DNA of 64,000 nt from an uncultured Verrucomicrobiae bacterium (GCA_963760275.1 CAVXCM010000013.1:910653-974652); one strand, 5' to 3'; positions 38,676-47,480 are shown, counted from the first letter of the stretch. Notes: generated from the sequence alone by a model not told the origin. Program-made: numbers and translations.

Positions 38676-40871
38676 TTATTTGCTCAACGGGACGGTCACG
38701 CGAAGGATCGTGTCCGTGCGAGAGTAGCGGGGATTGAACCGGTTCAGCTTGGGCGTGAGGGTTTCGCCGGGCAGCCACGCGATCAGGATGGCATCCCCCC
38801 GCTGCATGAGCTCAGTAAGGTCGAATCCGGGCGGAGAGATGAAGCGGCTGTAATAGGTATAGTTGTTTTGCGGCTCCGCGGCTTCGCTACGCACGGTTAA
38901 CCCAATAAAAGAGGCGGCCAGCGTGCCCTCGAAAATATCGGCGATGCGACCGCTTTCGCTTCCACCGAACTGGTTCTGCCGCTGTTGCACCACATTGTTG
39001 TAGTTGTTAACCCGCGTTTGCACGAACGGCTGCAACGACAGGCCGCCCACGCGCCCCACCCGGAAGGTCTTTTTCCCGGAGATTTCGCCGATCTCATACA
39101 TGCGTCCCTCGATGATGAGCTGTGCCTTGGTAATTTTTTTTCCAGCCAGGTTCTCGATGTTTACTTCGAAGGCATCAGCGCGGGGCGTGACCTTCATGTT
39201 CAGCGGGGGAGCTGCTTGTTTCCAAAAATCGTTCACGAAAAGCTGGCTGGTCCACACCGGTACCGTGAGCTGGCCCGTGAAGCCGTTTCCGCGTTGATCG
39301 ATCACGGCGGTGCTGACCTCGCTGCCGCTATGCGCTGCGGCCTCGCCGCGCAAGGTCGAAAAGCCCTGCTCGGAGGCGACGTTGTATTTGGCGTTGGCGG
39401 GCGAGTAGGCGGAGCAATACACGCGTCCCCGCAAATCCGCGCGCTCGCCATGCGGGAGGACATCGACCACGTGGAGTTCGTTCCACTCCATTTCGCCGGA
39501 GCGCAGCTTGTAGCCGATGAAATAGATCAGGAGCGAAAACAGGACAACGTAGCTGGGAAAGGTGATCCACGTAAGCATCTGCTTGTTGATCTTCTTGAGC
39601 CAATATTGATCGAGCGGACCGATCACAACGAGGTACGCCAGAAGGAGAAGGAGCAGCCAGCCGACGGGCAGCTTGCGAATCTGTTTGCTGTCCACCATCG
39701 CGCCAAAGATGCCGTCGATGGGCATGAATCCGTAATTGGCAGTGTTCGCGGAAGCGAGCCACGTCATCGGTACATTCCCCAGGTTAGCCCAAAACCAGTT
39801 TTTATTTTTCCACGAGCGGAAGGGTTCGAGTTCCGGGCTGAATAGCAGGACCGTAACGCGGCCGCGGCCGCGGGCCGCTTGGACGGCGAGCGGCGCCTCA
39901 GCCGGGCCAATAAGTGCGGTTCCATCCCGCACGAGGGCTCCGACCGTGGGCAATGAGGCGGCCTGGAACGTCGCATCTGGCACCAGCTGCTTGAAGGGGT
40001 TGGCGACGGTTTGCGCTGTTGTTTGCCTTCGACCCGTCGGCACCGGGATCGTAGCGGCTTCGTCCGGTGTCCCCTGCAACCATTGCTGCAACGCGGAGTG
40101 CGACGGATGAGGCGCAATTTCACCGAGAGTGCAGGGAAGAAAACTTTGCAGCCAGGGCGTTGCCTTGACGTCTCCGGGTTGTTCGACCCCGACGACCAGG
40201 TGGCCGCCTCCATGAACCCATGCGAGCAAGGAGTTGACTTGAGGAACCTTCAACTCCATGGCGCGGGCTGAGTGGAGATAAAGCATGGAGATCGATTCCA
40301 GCGTGAGCGGGTTGTCGGGAAATAATTCAGGTGAAAGGTGCACCGCGGCCGGTTTGAACGGGGAATTCCTGCCCACGCCTTCCGGGAGCGCCGCCGCACC
40401 TCCGTGGGTCCGGGAGAGGCTGGCGATAAGCGGGCTTTGCGAATCAACCACGGCGCGTGCCTCCAGGTTCAGCCGTTCGGCAATGACCTTGTTTCCCTTT
40501 TCGTTGAGCAATCGCGCATCGACTGAAAGGCGATGGCGGCTGGGACAGTAGAGCGGGACGGTGAAGCGTTTCTTCGTCCTCGTGGGCAGTTCGACGGCGA
40601 CGCGGCGCAAGGGTCCATTACCGAATTGCCCCGCCGTCAATTCAACGACTGCGTTGAAGCTGGGCCCATCATTTTGAATCTCGACCGTGACGGGAAACCA
40701 ACTCGCCTCCGCGACGGTGCTGTCCGCGACGCCCAGCCCATGACCCGCGAAGACATCAAAGATGAGTTGAGCGTGCAATGTCCTGGCACTAATGAGCAAC
40801 GCGGCCAACCCGAACAGGACTCGCGCGCAGCTCAAAAATTTTAGTGCGGCAGATTGCGACGTGTTGGCCAT
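38676..40871 (-). CDS. 731-aa membrane protein of unknown function, first gene of the ABC module
   Basis: Start at MANTSQSAALKFLSCARVLFGLAALLISARTLHA (signal/anchor). About 430-aa extracytoplasmic region, then a central TM cluster (LPVGWLLLLLLAYLVVIGPL, TWITFPSYVVLFSLLIYFIGY) and a ~210-aa C-terminal domain. The stop lies 2 nt before the ATPase ATG. The part of ORF 38676..41924 upstream of 40871 is antisense to pilT. Confidence 0.65.
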   Translation of the reverse strand: MANTSQSAALKFLSCARVLFGLAALLISARTLHAQLIFDVFAGHGLGVADSTVAEASWFPVTVEIQNDGPSFNAVVELTAGQFGNGPLRRVAVELPTRTKKRFTVPLYCPSRHRLSVDARLLNEKGNKVIAERLNLEARAVVDSQSPLIASLSRTHGGAAALPEGVGRNSPFKPAAVHLSPELFPDNPLTLESISMLYLHSARAMELKVPQVNSLLAWVHGGGHLVVGVEQPGDVKATPWLQSFLPCTLGEIAPHPSHSALQQWLQGTPDEAATIPVPTGRRQTTAQTVANPFKQLVPDATFQAASLPTVGALVRDGTALIGPAEAPLAVQAARGRGRVTVLLFSPELEPFRSWKNKNWFWANLGNVPMTWLASANTANYGFMPIDGIFGAMVDSKQIRKLPVGWLLLLLLAYLVVIGPLDQYWLKKINKQMLTWITFPSYVVLFSLLIYFIGYKLRSGEMEWNELHVVDVLPHGERADLRGRVYCSAYSPANAKYNVASEQGFSTLRGEAAAHSGSEVSTAVIDQRGNGFTGQLTVPVWTSQLFVNDFWKQAAPPLNMKVTPRADAFEVNIENLAGKKITKAQLIIEGRMYEIGEISGKKTFRVGRVGGLSLQPFVQTRVNNYNNVVQQRQNQFGGSESGRIADIFEGTLAASFIGLTVRSEAAEPQNNYTYYSRFISPPGFDLTELMQRGDAILIAWLPGETLTPKLNRFNPRYSRTDTILRVTVPLSK

Positions 40872-41028
40872 GGCGAGTGTTGCTGGAGACTTATAGATAT
40901 CGCGAGATGCTGAGGCAAACGGAATCCTGATTCGGGCGGGTGGAATCCCGTTCCTTGCCTCTCTCCAAGTTCGGCGCAACCATTGCCCGTTCGTAATGTT
41001 GAACGAACGTGGCCGTGGCTTGACGAGC

Positions 41029-42234
41029 ATGAATTTGGAGACACTGATTTCCGTGGCCCGAGACCAGGGCGCGAGCGACTTGCACCTGGAAGCCGGCCTG
41101 CCTGCGACCCTGAGAGTGCGGGGCACTTTGCGTCCGATGGGTGAGGCGATTTCAGCAAAATCCCTGCTGGAAGCGGCGCGTGACGTGATCGGGACCCAGC
41201 ACTGGAACGAGTTTTTGCAGCGGCATTCCTTTGACCTTTCCAAGACCATTTCGCGCGTTCGCTGTCGCATTAATATTCTGCAGACTTCGCGTGGCGTGGG
41301 CTTTGCCATTCGCTTATTGAGCGCCTTCCAAGCGACGGTGGAGAATCTGAATCTGCATCCGGACCTCAAGCGATTGGTCACGGCCACGCATGGCCTTGTG
41401 TTGTTAAGCGGACCCACGGGGAGCGGAAAGTCTTCGACGATGGCGGCGATGATCCAGGAGATTAACCTGGGTGAACCGCGGCACGTAATTACGTTGGAGA
41501 GCCCCATCGAATACGTATTTCGGCCGCGGCATGCGTTCATCCGACAGCGGGAGGTGGGACGGGACACGCCCAGTTTCGAGCAAGCCCTGCTGGATGCGCT
41601 GCGCGAGGATCCCGATGTCTTGATGGTGGGAGAAATGCGCGACCCGCAAACGATGCGGCTCACTCTGAACGCGGCGGAGACGGGGCACCTGGTGATGGCC
41701 ACGGTGCATTCCTCGACCTGCATTGAAGCGTTGCAACGAGTCGTCGGCGCCTTCCCCGCTGAGATCCAGAATTCGGTGGCGGCGCAACTCGCCGATTCGC
41801 TGGTGGCGGTGATTGCCCAACGTCTGCGCTTTCGGACGGACCTGAACATTCGCGTGCCGGAGTGCGAGATTCTGATGCCGACGAACCCGGTGAAAATGTT
41901 TATCCGCAATCGCGAGTTCTTCAAAATTAATCAGGTGATGGAAACGGGCGCGGAAGCCGGGATGTGGACCTTCGCCCGTTATCAGGCTTGGTTGAACAAG
42001 CGAACAGCGTGGCATTTGCCGGCATCGACGGATGAGGCTCCGGATTCCGAGCCAAGCGAAGCCCCCCCGATGATCGGAAATGCAGTGGAAAGGGCCAGGG
42101 TTGATCGGCCGGAGATCTCATTGCCTACGCCCGCCAAGGAAGCGTCGAAGCCTATGAAAGTTGACGCGCCGATTGAGATTGAGCCGGTCGAAGGCGGCTT
42201 GGGCGCAGTGTTGAAGAACTTTGGTCGGGAGTGA
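41029..42234 (+). CDS. PilT-family type IV pilus retraction-type ATPase with a ~70-aa acidic/Pro-rich C-terminal extension
   Basis: MNLETLISVARDQGASDLHLEAG, Walker A GPTGSGKS, Walker B/Asp box DVLMVGEMRD, His box GHLVMATVHS. Confidence 0.85.
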   Translation: MNLETLISVARDQGASDLHLEAGLPATLRVRGTLRPMGEAISAKSLLEAARDVIGTQHWNEFLQRHSFDLSKTISRVRCRINILQTSRGVGFAIRLLSAFQATVENLNLHPDLKRLVTATHGLVLLSGPTGSGKSSTMAAMIQEINLGEPRHVITLESPIEYVFRPRHAFIRQREVGRDTPSFEQALLDALREDPDVLMVGEMRDPQTMRLTLNAAETGHLVMATVHSSTCIEALQRVVGAFPAEIQNSVAAQLADSLVAVIAQRLRFRTDLNIRVPECEILMPTNPVKMFIRNREFFKINQVMETGAEAGMWTFARYQAWLNKRTAWHLPASTDEAPDSEPSEAPPMIGNAVERARVDRPEISLPTPAKEASKPMKVDAPIEIEPVEGGLGAVLKNFGRE

Positions 42235-42411
42235 CGTGAGTGAGTGGATCGAGACGCAAGTCGTAGGCGTGCGGAAGAATCATTGGCGGGACGAGCGGCT
42301 CATTTTCGCATGCAGAGAGGAGGCGAGAGGGACAGATGAATGGTCTGTTTTGGGTTTAACCCACCGACAAGAGGTCCCTTGACGTCTCATCAAACAGCTT
42401 TGTGAACCGGA

Positions 42412-44406
42412 ATGAAAAAAACTTTATTGATGCTCGCCACCTGCGGGGGGATCGCCGCCCTGGCGCAGACAGCGCATAATGATCCGGCGCCCGCTGCCAT
42501 TTTTGGCCCTGCGCAGGAGGCGACTAAGCTCGTGACGCGTTTCGATAAGGATGGGAACCAGCGCCTGAATTCAGCCGAACGAAAGGCGGCCCGCGAATTC
42601 ATCCAAGGTGAACGTTCTGCGGGACGCGGACGGCGCGGTCCGGGAGCGTTTAATCGGCGGCAGGATGAGCAAGCGCCGGCGCAGCCCGGCCCGAGAATTT
42701 CACCGGATCAAGCGAAGCTGTATCCCGATGCCCCGCTTTACGCCTCGAACGTGGTCCGGACATTTTTCCTCGCGTTCGAAAACGCCGATTGGGAGAAGGA
42801 GTTGTCGGACTTCAACAACACGGATGTCGAGGTCCCGGCCCGTCTGATCGTGGACGGAAAAACCTATCGTGACGTGGGGGTTCATTTCCGCGGCGCGTCC
42901 TCTTTTTTCACCGTGAGTGAAGGCCGGAAGCGTTCCCTCAACGTGTCGCTGGATTTCGTGCACGAGCAACAGCACATCGGCGGTTATCGCACGTTGAACC
43001 TTCTCAATTCCCATGCGGATCCGAGCTTCCTGCGGACCGTCTTATACTCGCATATCGCGCGCGAGTATATCCCCGCTCCGCAGGCGAATTACGCCCGGGT
43101 TGTCATTAACGGCGAAAGCTGGGGCCTCTATGTCAACGCCGAGCAGTTCAATAAGGATTTGGTCAGGGAACAATTTGGCACAACGAAGGGCGCACGATGG
43201 AAAGTGCAGGGCAGTCCTAATGGACAGGGGAGTTTGAAATATTTGGGCGACGACCCGGCTCCGTATGAACGCATTTATCAGATCAAATCGAAGAACGATC
43301 CAAAAGCGTGGGCGGCGCTGGTGCAGCTCTGTCGGGTATTAAACGAAACTCCCCGCAACAAACTCGAGTCGGCGCTCACGCCTCTGCTTGATATTGATGG
43401 CGCCTTGAAGTTCCTCGCTCTGGAGAATGCACTCATTAACAACGACGGCTATTGGGTTCGCGCCAGCGACTACAATCTCTACCAGGATGTAAACGGCCGG
43501 TTTCACATCCTGCCGCATGACATGAACGAAACGTTTACCAAACCGGGTGGACCGGGTTTTGGCGGCCCGGGAATTGCCGGAGCCGGCAGGATGCTTGCAG
43601 CGCACATGCTGGCCCAGGGAGACCAAAATTCAGACGGGAAAATCACCGCAGCCGAGTTTAAGGCCCTAGCGAGTGCGTGGTTTGGGAAGCTGGATAGGAA
43701 TAGCGAAGGAAAGGTATCAACAGATCAATTCGCCGAGAGAATCGATCGCGTGCTGCCGAGCGCCCGGAATATGCCGCCGGGGAATGCGGACGGCCGGGGC
43801 AATTTCCAGTCACCGCCAACGGTGGGACCGGCGTTGTTCAATGCCTTTGATAGTAACAAGGACGGCACATTAACCCGACCCGAGCTATTGCGAGTGTTCG
43901 CGGACTGGCATACGAAATGGGACGCGGCCGATACCGGGTCACTTGACGAGGAACGTTTGCGCTCAGGCCTGGCGGAAGTGATACCGGCACCTGGGGGACG
44001 AGGACGGGGCGGGCGTCCGGGCGGCGTTCGAGTCGACGGTTTCAAGCTGGACCCGCTCGTCGCGGCTAACGATGCGAACAAGCCATTGATATCGAAGTTG
44101 CTCGCAATACCGGCGTTGCGCGCTCGTTACCTCGGATACGTCCGCGATATTGCTGAACGTTGGCTCGATTGGAAAAACCTGGGTCCGTTGGCGCAGAGTT
44201 ACCAGGCATTGATCGAACCCGAAGTGAAAGTGGACACGCGCAAGCTAGCCTCGACGGAGGATTTTCTGCAGGGGCTCACGGGCGACGTTGCCGGCAGCGG
44301 CTCTGGTCCCGGAGGGGGAGGCGTTCCTGGCCTTAAAAGCTTCGCCGAACAAAGGCGTGACTATCTGCTGAAGCAGCTTGATGGAGGCAAGGCGACCCGC
44401 CCCTGA
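42412..44406 (+). CDS. secreted CotH-family kinase-like protein with EF-hand-like calcium-binding loops
   Basis: Signal peptide MKKTLLMLATCGGIAALAQTA. CotH core ARLIVDGKTYRDVGVHFRGASSF...YRTLNLLNSHADPSFLRTVLYSHIAREYIPAPQANYARVVINGESWGLYVNAEQ. EF-hand-like loops DKDGNQRLNSAE, DQNSDGKITAAEF, DRNSEGKVSTDQF, DSNKDGTLTRPEL. Confidence 0.8.
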   Translation: MKKTLLMLATCGGIAALAQTAHNDPAPAAIFGPAQEATKLVTRFDKDGNQRLNSAERKAAREFIQGERSAGRGRRGPGAFNRRQDEQAPAQPGPRISPDQAKLYPDAPLYASNVVRTFFLAFENADWEKELSDFNNTDVEVPARLIVDGKTYRDVGVHFRGASSFFTVSEGRKRSLNVSLDFVHEQQHIGGYRTLNLLNSHADPSFLRTVLYSHIAREYIPAPQANYARVVINGESWGLYVNAEQFNKDLVREQFGTTKGARWKVQGSPNGQGSLKYLGDDPAPYERIYQIKSKNDPKAWAALVQLCRVLNETPRNKLESALTPLLDIDGALKFLALENALINNDGYWVRASDYNLYQDVNGRFHILPHDMNETFTKPGGPGFGGPGIAGAGRMLAAHMLAQGDQNSDGKITAAEFKALASAWFGKLDRNSEGKVSTDQFAERIDRVLPSARNMPPGNADGRGNFQSPPTVGPALFNAFDSNKDGTLTRPELLRVFADWHTKWDAADTGSLDEERLRSGLAEVIPAPGGRGRGGRPGGVRVDGFKLDPLVAANDANKPLISKLLAIPALRARYLGYVRDIAERWLDWKNLGPLAQSYQALIEPEVKVDTRKLASTEDFLQGLTGDVAGSGSGPGGGGVPGLKSFAEQRRDYLLKQLDGGKATRP

Positions 44407-44647
44407 ACCACTCTTGCCATTGGCGGCAGTCGTCGGCGAACCCGTTGAACCTTTGCGGGACGAACACTTACAACGGTATCCGAATTTGGGATTGGGTCCA
44501 TTTCACGCGGCTCCTTTTAACCCTTAAATTGGTTATTTCCAGCGGTTTCCCGGTTTCTGAATAGGGAATGGAGAACCCTAGTCGATCATGTATAATCAAT
44601 TGCCTCTCGAGTTGGATTTCAACGCGGGTGGCGACAAGAAAGCATCT

Positions 44648-46765
44648 ATGAAAACCTCCATTGTCCGGCACTGCTGCGTTGGTTTGGCAGCCGGTCTGAC
44701 ATTCTTCCTCGGTTGTGCAAAACCTTCGGCTGAAACCGAACAACCTCGCTCCGTGGTGGCTCCGGCGCCGTCGCCTGTGGTGGCTCAATCCTCGCCCGCG
44801 CCGGTTGTTCAGACGCTGCCCAACTCCGAAGCCCCTCCTTCAACAGGGACCAATGTTCCCGCGATCATTGAGCGCGTTCCACCGACTGTGACGCCTGAAA
44901 ACGTTTCCCTCTCCACGGGGTTGTCGGAAGTGGTCAAGCTTACTCAATCCGGCGTGGCGGAAGACGTGATTCTCGCCTACGTGGAAAAATATTCCGGACG
45001 GTTCAACGTGGGGGCAGAACAGATTCTGTATTTGAACGACGTCGGTGTGGCCAGCACCGTCATCACGGCGATGCTCAAGCATGATGGCGCCGAAGGAACC
45101 GTCGCCAACCCACCGGGAACTCCTCTGCCCTCGGTGCAGACCCAAGTCGTCTCCAATCTTCCTCAGGTGCCAGTGACGGATCAGCCCGCGCCTGCGCCTG
45201 CTCCGGTCGCAACCACGGTGGCTCCGCCGCCGACCTCCTCGGATGCTGCGTATTTTTATGACGCACTCTCCCCCTACGGGAGTTGGATTTACCTGTCTAA
45301 CTACGGTTGGTGCTGGCAGCCGACTGTAGCTGTTGCAGTTGGTGATTGGCGGCCTTACAGCGATCGCGGCCGGTGGTATTGGTCGGACGCGGGGTGGTAC
45401 TGGAACTCCGATTATAGTTGGGGTTGGGCTGCATTCCATTATGGCCGCTGGTATCGGCACCCCGGGTGCGGCTGGGTCTGGACGCCGGGTAGGGTCTGGG
45501 CTCCGTCATGGGTGAGTTGGCGTTATTCTCCCGGCTACTGTGGATGGGCGCCATTGCCGCCTGAAGCCCATTTCGTCAGCGGCTTCGGTTTCACCTATTA
45601 CGGTCGGCATGCCAGTATCGGATTCGAATTCGGCCTGAGCGATTACCATTACTCATTCGTGTCCATCGGCAATTTTTGCGATTACTCCCCGCATCGCTAT
45701 TACGTTCCTCGCTCCAACGTGCGCAATGTGTACCGCAACACCACTGTGGTGAATAACTACATCGTGGGGAACAACAACACCGTCATCAATCGCGGCATCG
45801 GGCGTGAGACGGTGGCGCGCTCGAGCCAGAATCGAATTCGCGAAGTCTCGGTGCGCGAGACCTCTCTTCAGCACGCCTCGCAATCCCGAATGGACCGCGT
45901 GGAACGCAAGGGGAATGAATCAGTCGTGCTTCGCCCGCAGTTGCCTTCCACCCCGCCCCCCATTCGCACGGCGCAGTTTGCCGGGCGCTCCAGTTCATCC
46001 GGATTCAATAGCGTCGGACGTGCGTCTACCGCTGGCATCACTCCGGGCAACACCATCCGCAGCGGGTCCAGCGTGCCACCGTCCACGGCAGGGCGCGTCT
46101 CCACCGCGCGAACGAGTTCGGGCACGGTCACTGAGAGCCGGGCTTCGGAACGGGTGACTGCGCCTGAAGCGGCTCCGGCACGGCCCGTCGTGACGCCGCG
46201 TGCGGTTCCGAATGAAAGTGTGTCGAGAAGCGCCGGGCGGTCGGCGGTGGAACGTCCTGCTGCCGAGCCGCGCTCGTCGGCGCGTGTCCAACAATCGCCC
46301 GTGCCATCACCATCGCGTGCCAACACGCCGTTGTTTGGAGACGTTCCTCGGACCTCCACCCAGCCCAACGCAAGCGTGCCGCGTTCCGTAACGCCGCCGA
46401 CGGTGTCCGCGCCGCGAAGCCAGTTCCAACAACCGTCGGTTCAGCCCCAGCAACCGAGATATAGCGCGCCTTCCGCTGCCGGGAATGTTCGCAGCTACAG
46501 TCCAGCCCCGGCGCCGTCCACGCCCTCTATTCGGTCCGAGCCACGCAACAGCCCTGCGCCGACATATTCACCGCGCCAGTTGGAACAAACGCCGCGTCCG
46601 TCAGCTCCCGCGTATTCTGTGCCGCGTTCCTCAAGTGGGGGCGGCGGCGGCGTCTCCGCCCCTCAGGCTCCCTCTCGTTCTTACGGTGGCGGGGGCCGCG
46701 GTGAAGGAGCTGTTGGGGGCGGCGGAGGAGGTGGGCGCGGAGATCGATCGGATCGCGGTCGGTAA
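44648..46765 (+). CDS. lipoprotein with a Trp-rich (WxxGxW-type) repeat core and a ~300-aa Ser/Pro/Arg-rich low-complexity tail ending in a Gly/Arg tract
   Basis: Lipobox LTFFLGCAKPS after MKTSIVRHCCVGLAAG. Core YGSWIYLSNYGWCWQPT...RGRWYWSDAGWYWNSDYSWGWAAFHYGRWYRHPGCGWVWTPGRVWAPSWVSW. The tail ends GGGGVSAPQAPSRSYGGGGRGEGAVGGGGGGGRGDRSDRGR. Confidence 0.7.
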   Translation: MKTSIVRHCCVGLAAGLTFFLGCAKPSAETEQPRSVVAPAPSPVVAQSSPAPVVQTLPNSEAPPSTGTNVPAIIERVPPTVTPENVSLSTGLSEVVKLTQSGVAEDVILAYVEKYSGRFNVGAEQILYLNDVGVASTVITAMLKHDGAEGTVANPPGTPLPSVQTQVVSNLPQVPVTDQPAPAPAPVATTVAPPPTSSDAAYFYDALSPYGSWIYLSNYGWCWQPTVAVAVGDWRPYSDRGRWYWSDAGWYWNSDYSWGWAAFHYGRWYRHPGCGWVWTPGRVWAPSWVSWRYSPGYCGWAPLPPEAHFVSGFGFTYYGRHASIGFEFGLSDYHYSFVSIGNFCDYSPHRYYVPRSNVRNVYRNTTVVNNYIVGNNNTVINRGIGRETVARSSQNRIREVSVRETSLQHASQSRMDRVERKGNESVVLRPQLPSTPPPIRTAQFAGRSSSSGFNSVGRASTAGITPGNTIRSGSSVPPSTAGRVSTARTSSGTVTESRASERVTAPEAAPARPVVTPRAVPNESVSRSAGRSAVERPAAEPRSSARVQQSPVPSPSRANTPLFGDVPRTSTQPNASVPRSVTPPTVSAPRSQFQQPSVQPQQPRYSAPSAAGNVRSYSPAPAPSTPSIRSEPRNSPAPTYSPRQLEQTPRPSAPAYSVPRSSSGGGGGVSAPQAPSRSYGGGGRGEGAVGGGGGGGRGDRSDRGR

Positions 46766-46788
46766 TTCCACCGCCATCCTTCAACACT

Positions 46789-46817
46789 CCGGGCTGGAAA
46801 CGGCCCGGCTTTTTTTT
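46789..46817 (+). terminator. Rho-independent terminator
   Basis: CCGGGCTG gaaa CGGCCCGG forms an 8-bp stem (one G-U pair) with a GAAA tetraloop, then C plus T8 (46810-46817). It lies 24 nt after the stop at 46765. Confidence 0.85.
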
Positions 46818-46976
46818 GCACAGCGCAAATTCAAGTGTTCAGCCAAAGTGCGTTTGTGTTTGAATCCCTTGGTGGGAATTACGCTTCGACAGTTCGAACA
46901 GCTCCAGAACCGCAGCCGTCGCGCGGCTCAAGTTCCGGCCACAGAAGCCTCTCTTAAGCCAGTTCATGCCACCATC

Positions 46977-47465
46977 TTGGGCATCGACCCTTCTGTTCGC
47001 GGAACGGGCTATGGGATCATCCGGCTTGAGAAACGGCAGTCTGCCGTCCTGGGTCACGGCACAATCCGCTGTCCAGCCAGTTGGGAACGGTCGCGTTGTC
47101 TCGCTAGGATTGTGCAGACCATCCGCGAACAAATCCAACAACACGCCCCGACAGTCTGTATCGTGGAAGGACTGTTCTACGCCCAGAATTTTCAAACAGC
47201 GCTCATCATGGGTGAAGCGCGCGGAGCCAGCCTCGTCGCCGCGGCGGAGGCGGGCCTGGAAATCTTCGAGATCGCCCCGCGAAAAGTGAAACAAACAATC
47301 GTCGGCTACGGTGCCGCCCAGAAACTTGCCGTGGCCAAAATGGTGCAACGCATGTTGAACCTGGCCGACCTCCCAGAGGCGGATGCAGCGGATGCACTCG
47401 CACTCGCGCTGGCTTACGGGCAAAGCACGTCTCGCTACAGCTTCGATCCCCCGAAGCGAGTGTGA
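46977..47465 (+). CDS. ruvC: Holliday junction resolvase RuvC (start codon unresolved)
   Basis: ILGIDPSVRGTGYGII...VCIVEGLFYAQNFQTALIMGEARG...AQKLAVAKMVQRML...EADAADALALALAY. The only in-frame candidate start is TTG 46977, which truncates the usual M-x-I-L-G-I-D-P N-terminus. The nearby ATG at 46966 is out of frame. Confidence 0.8.
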   Translation: MGIDPSVRGTGYGIIRLEKRQSAVLGHGTIRCPASWERSRCLARIVQTIREQIQQHAPTVCIVEGLFYAQNFQTALIMGEARGASLVAAAEAGLEIFEIAPRKVKQTIVGYGAAQKLAVAKMVQRMLNLADLPEADAADALALALAYGQSTSRYSFDPPKRV

Positions 47466-47480
47466 CCTTCAGCAGAATTC

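Noticed and set aside
40872-41924. The 1082-aa ORF 38676..41924 suggests a much larger protein.
   Set aside because: The part upstream of 40871 is exactly antisense to the well-supported PilT gene. Its composition is Arg/Ser/Cys-rich, typical of antisense reading in GC-rich DNA. A good start plus signal anchor (MANTSQ...) exists at 40871.
46485-46976. The 326-aa ORF 46485..47465 implies a long N-terminal extension of RuvC.
   Set aside because: The extension overlaps the 3' end of the preceding lipoprotein gene in another frame and runs across its strong terminator. RuvC homology begins only at about 46971.
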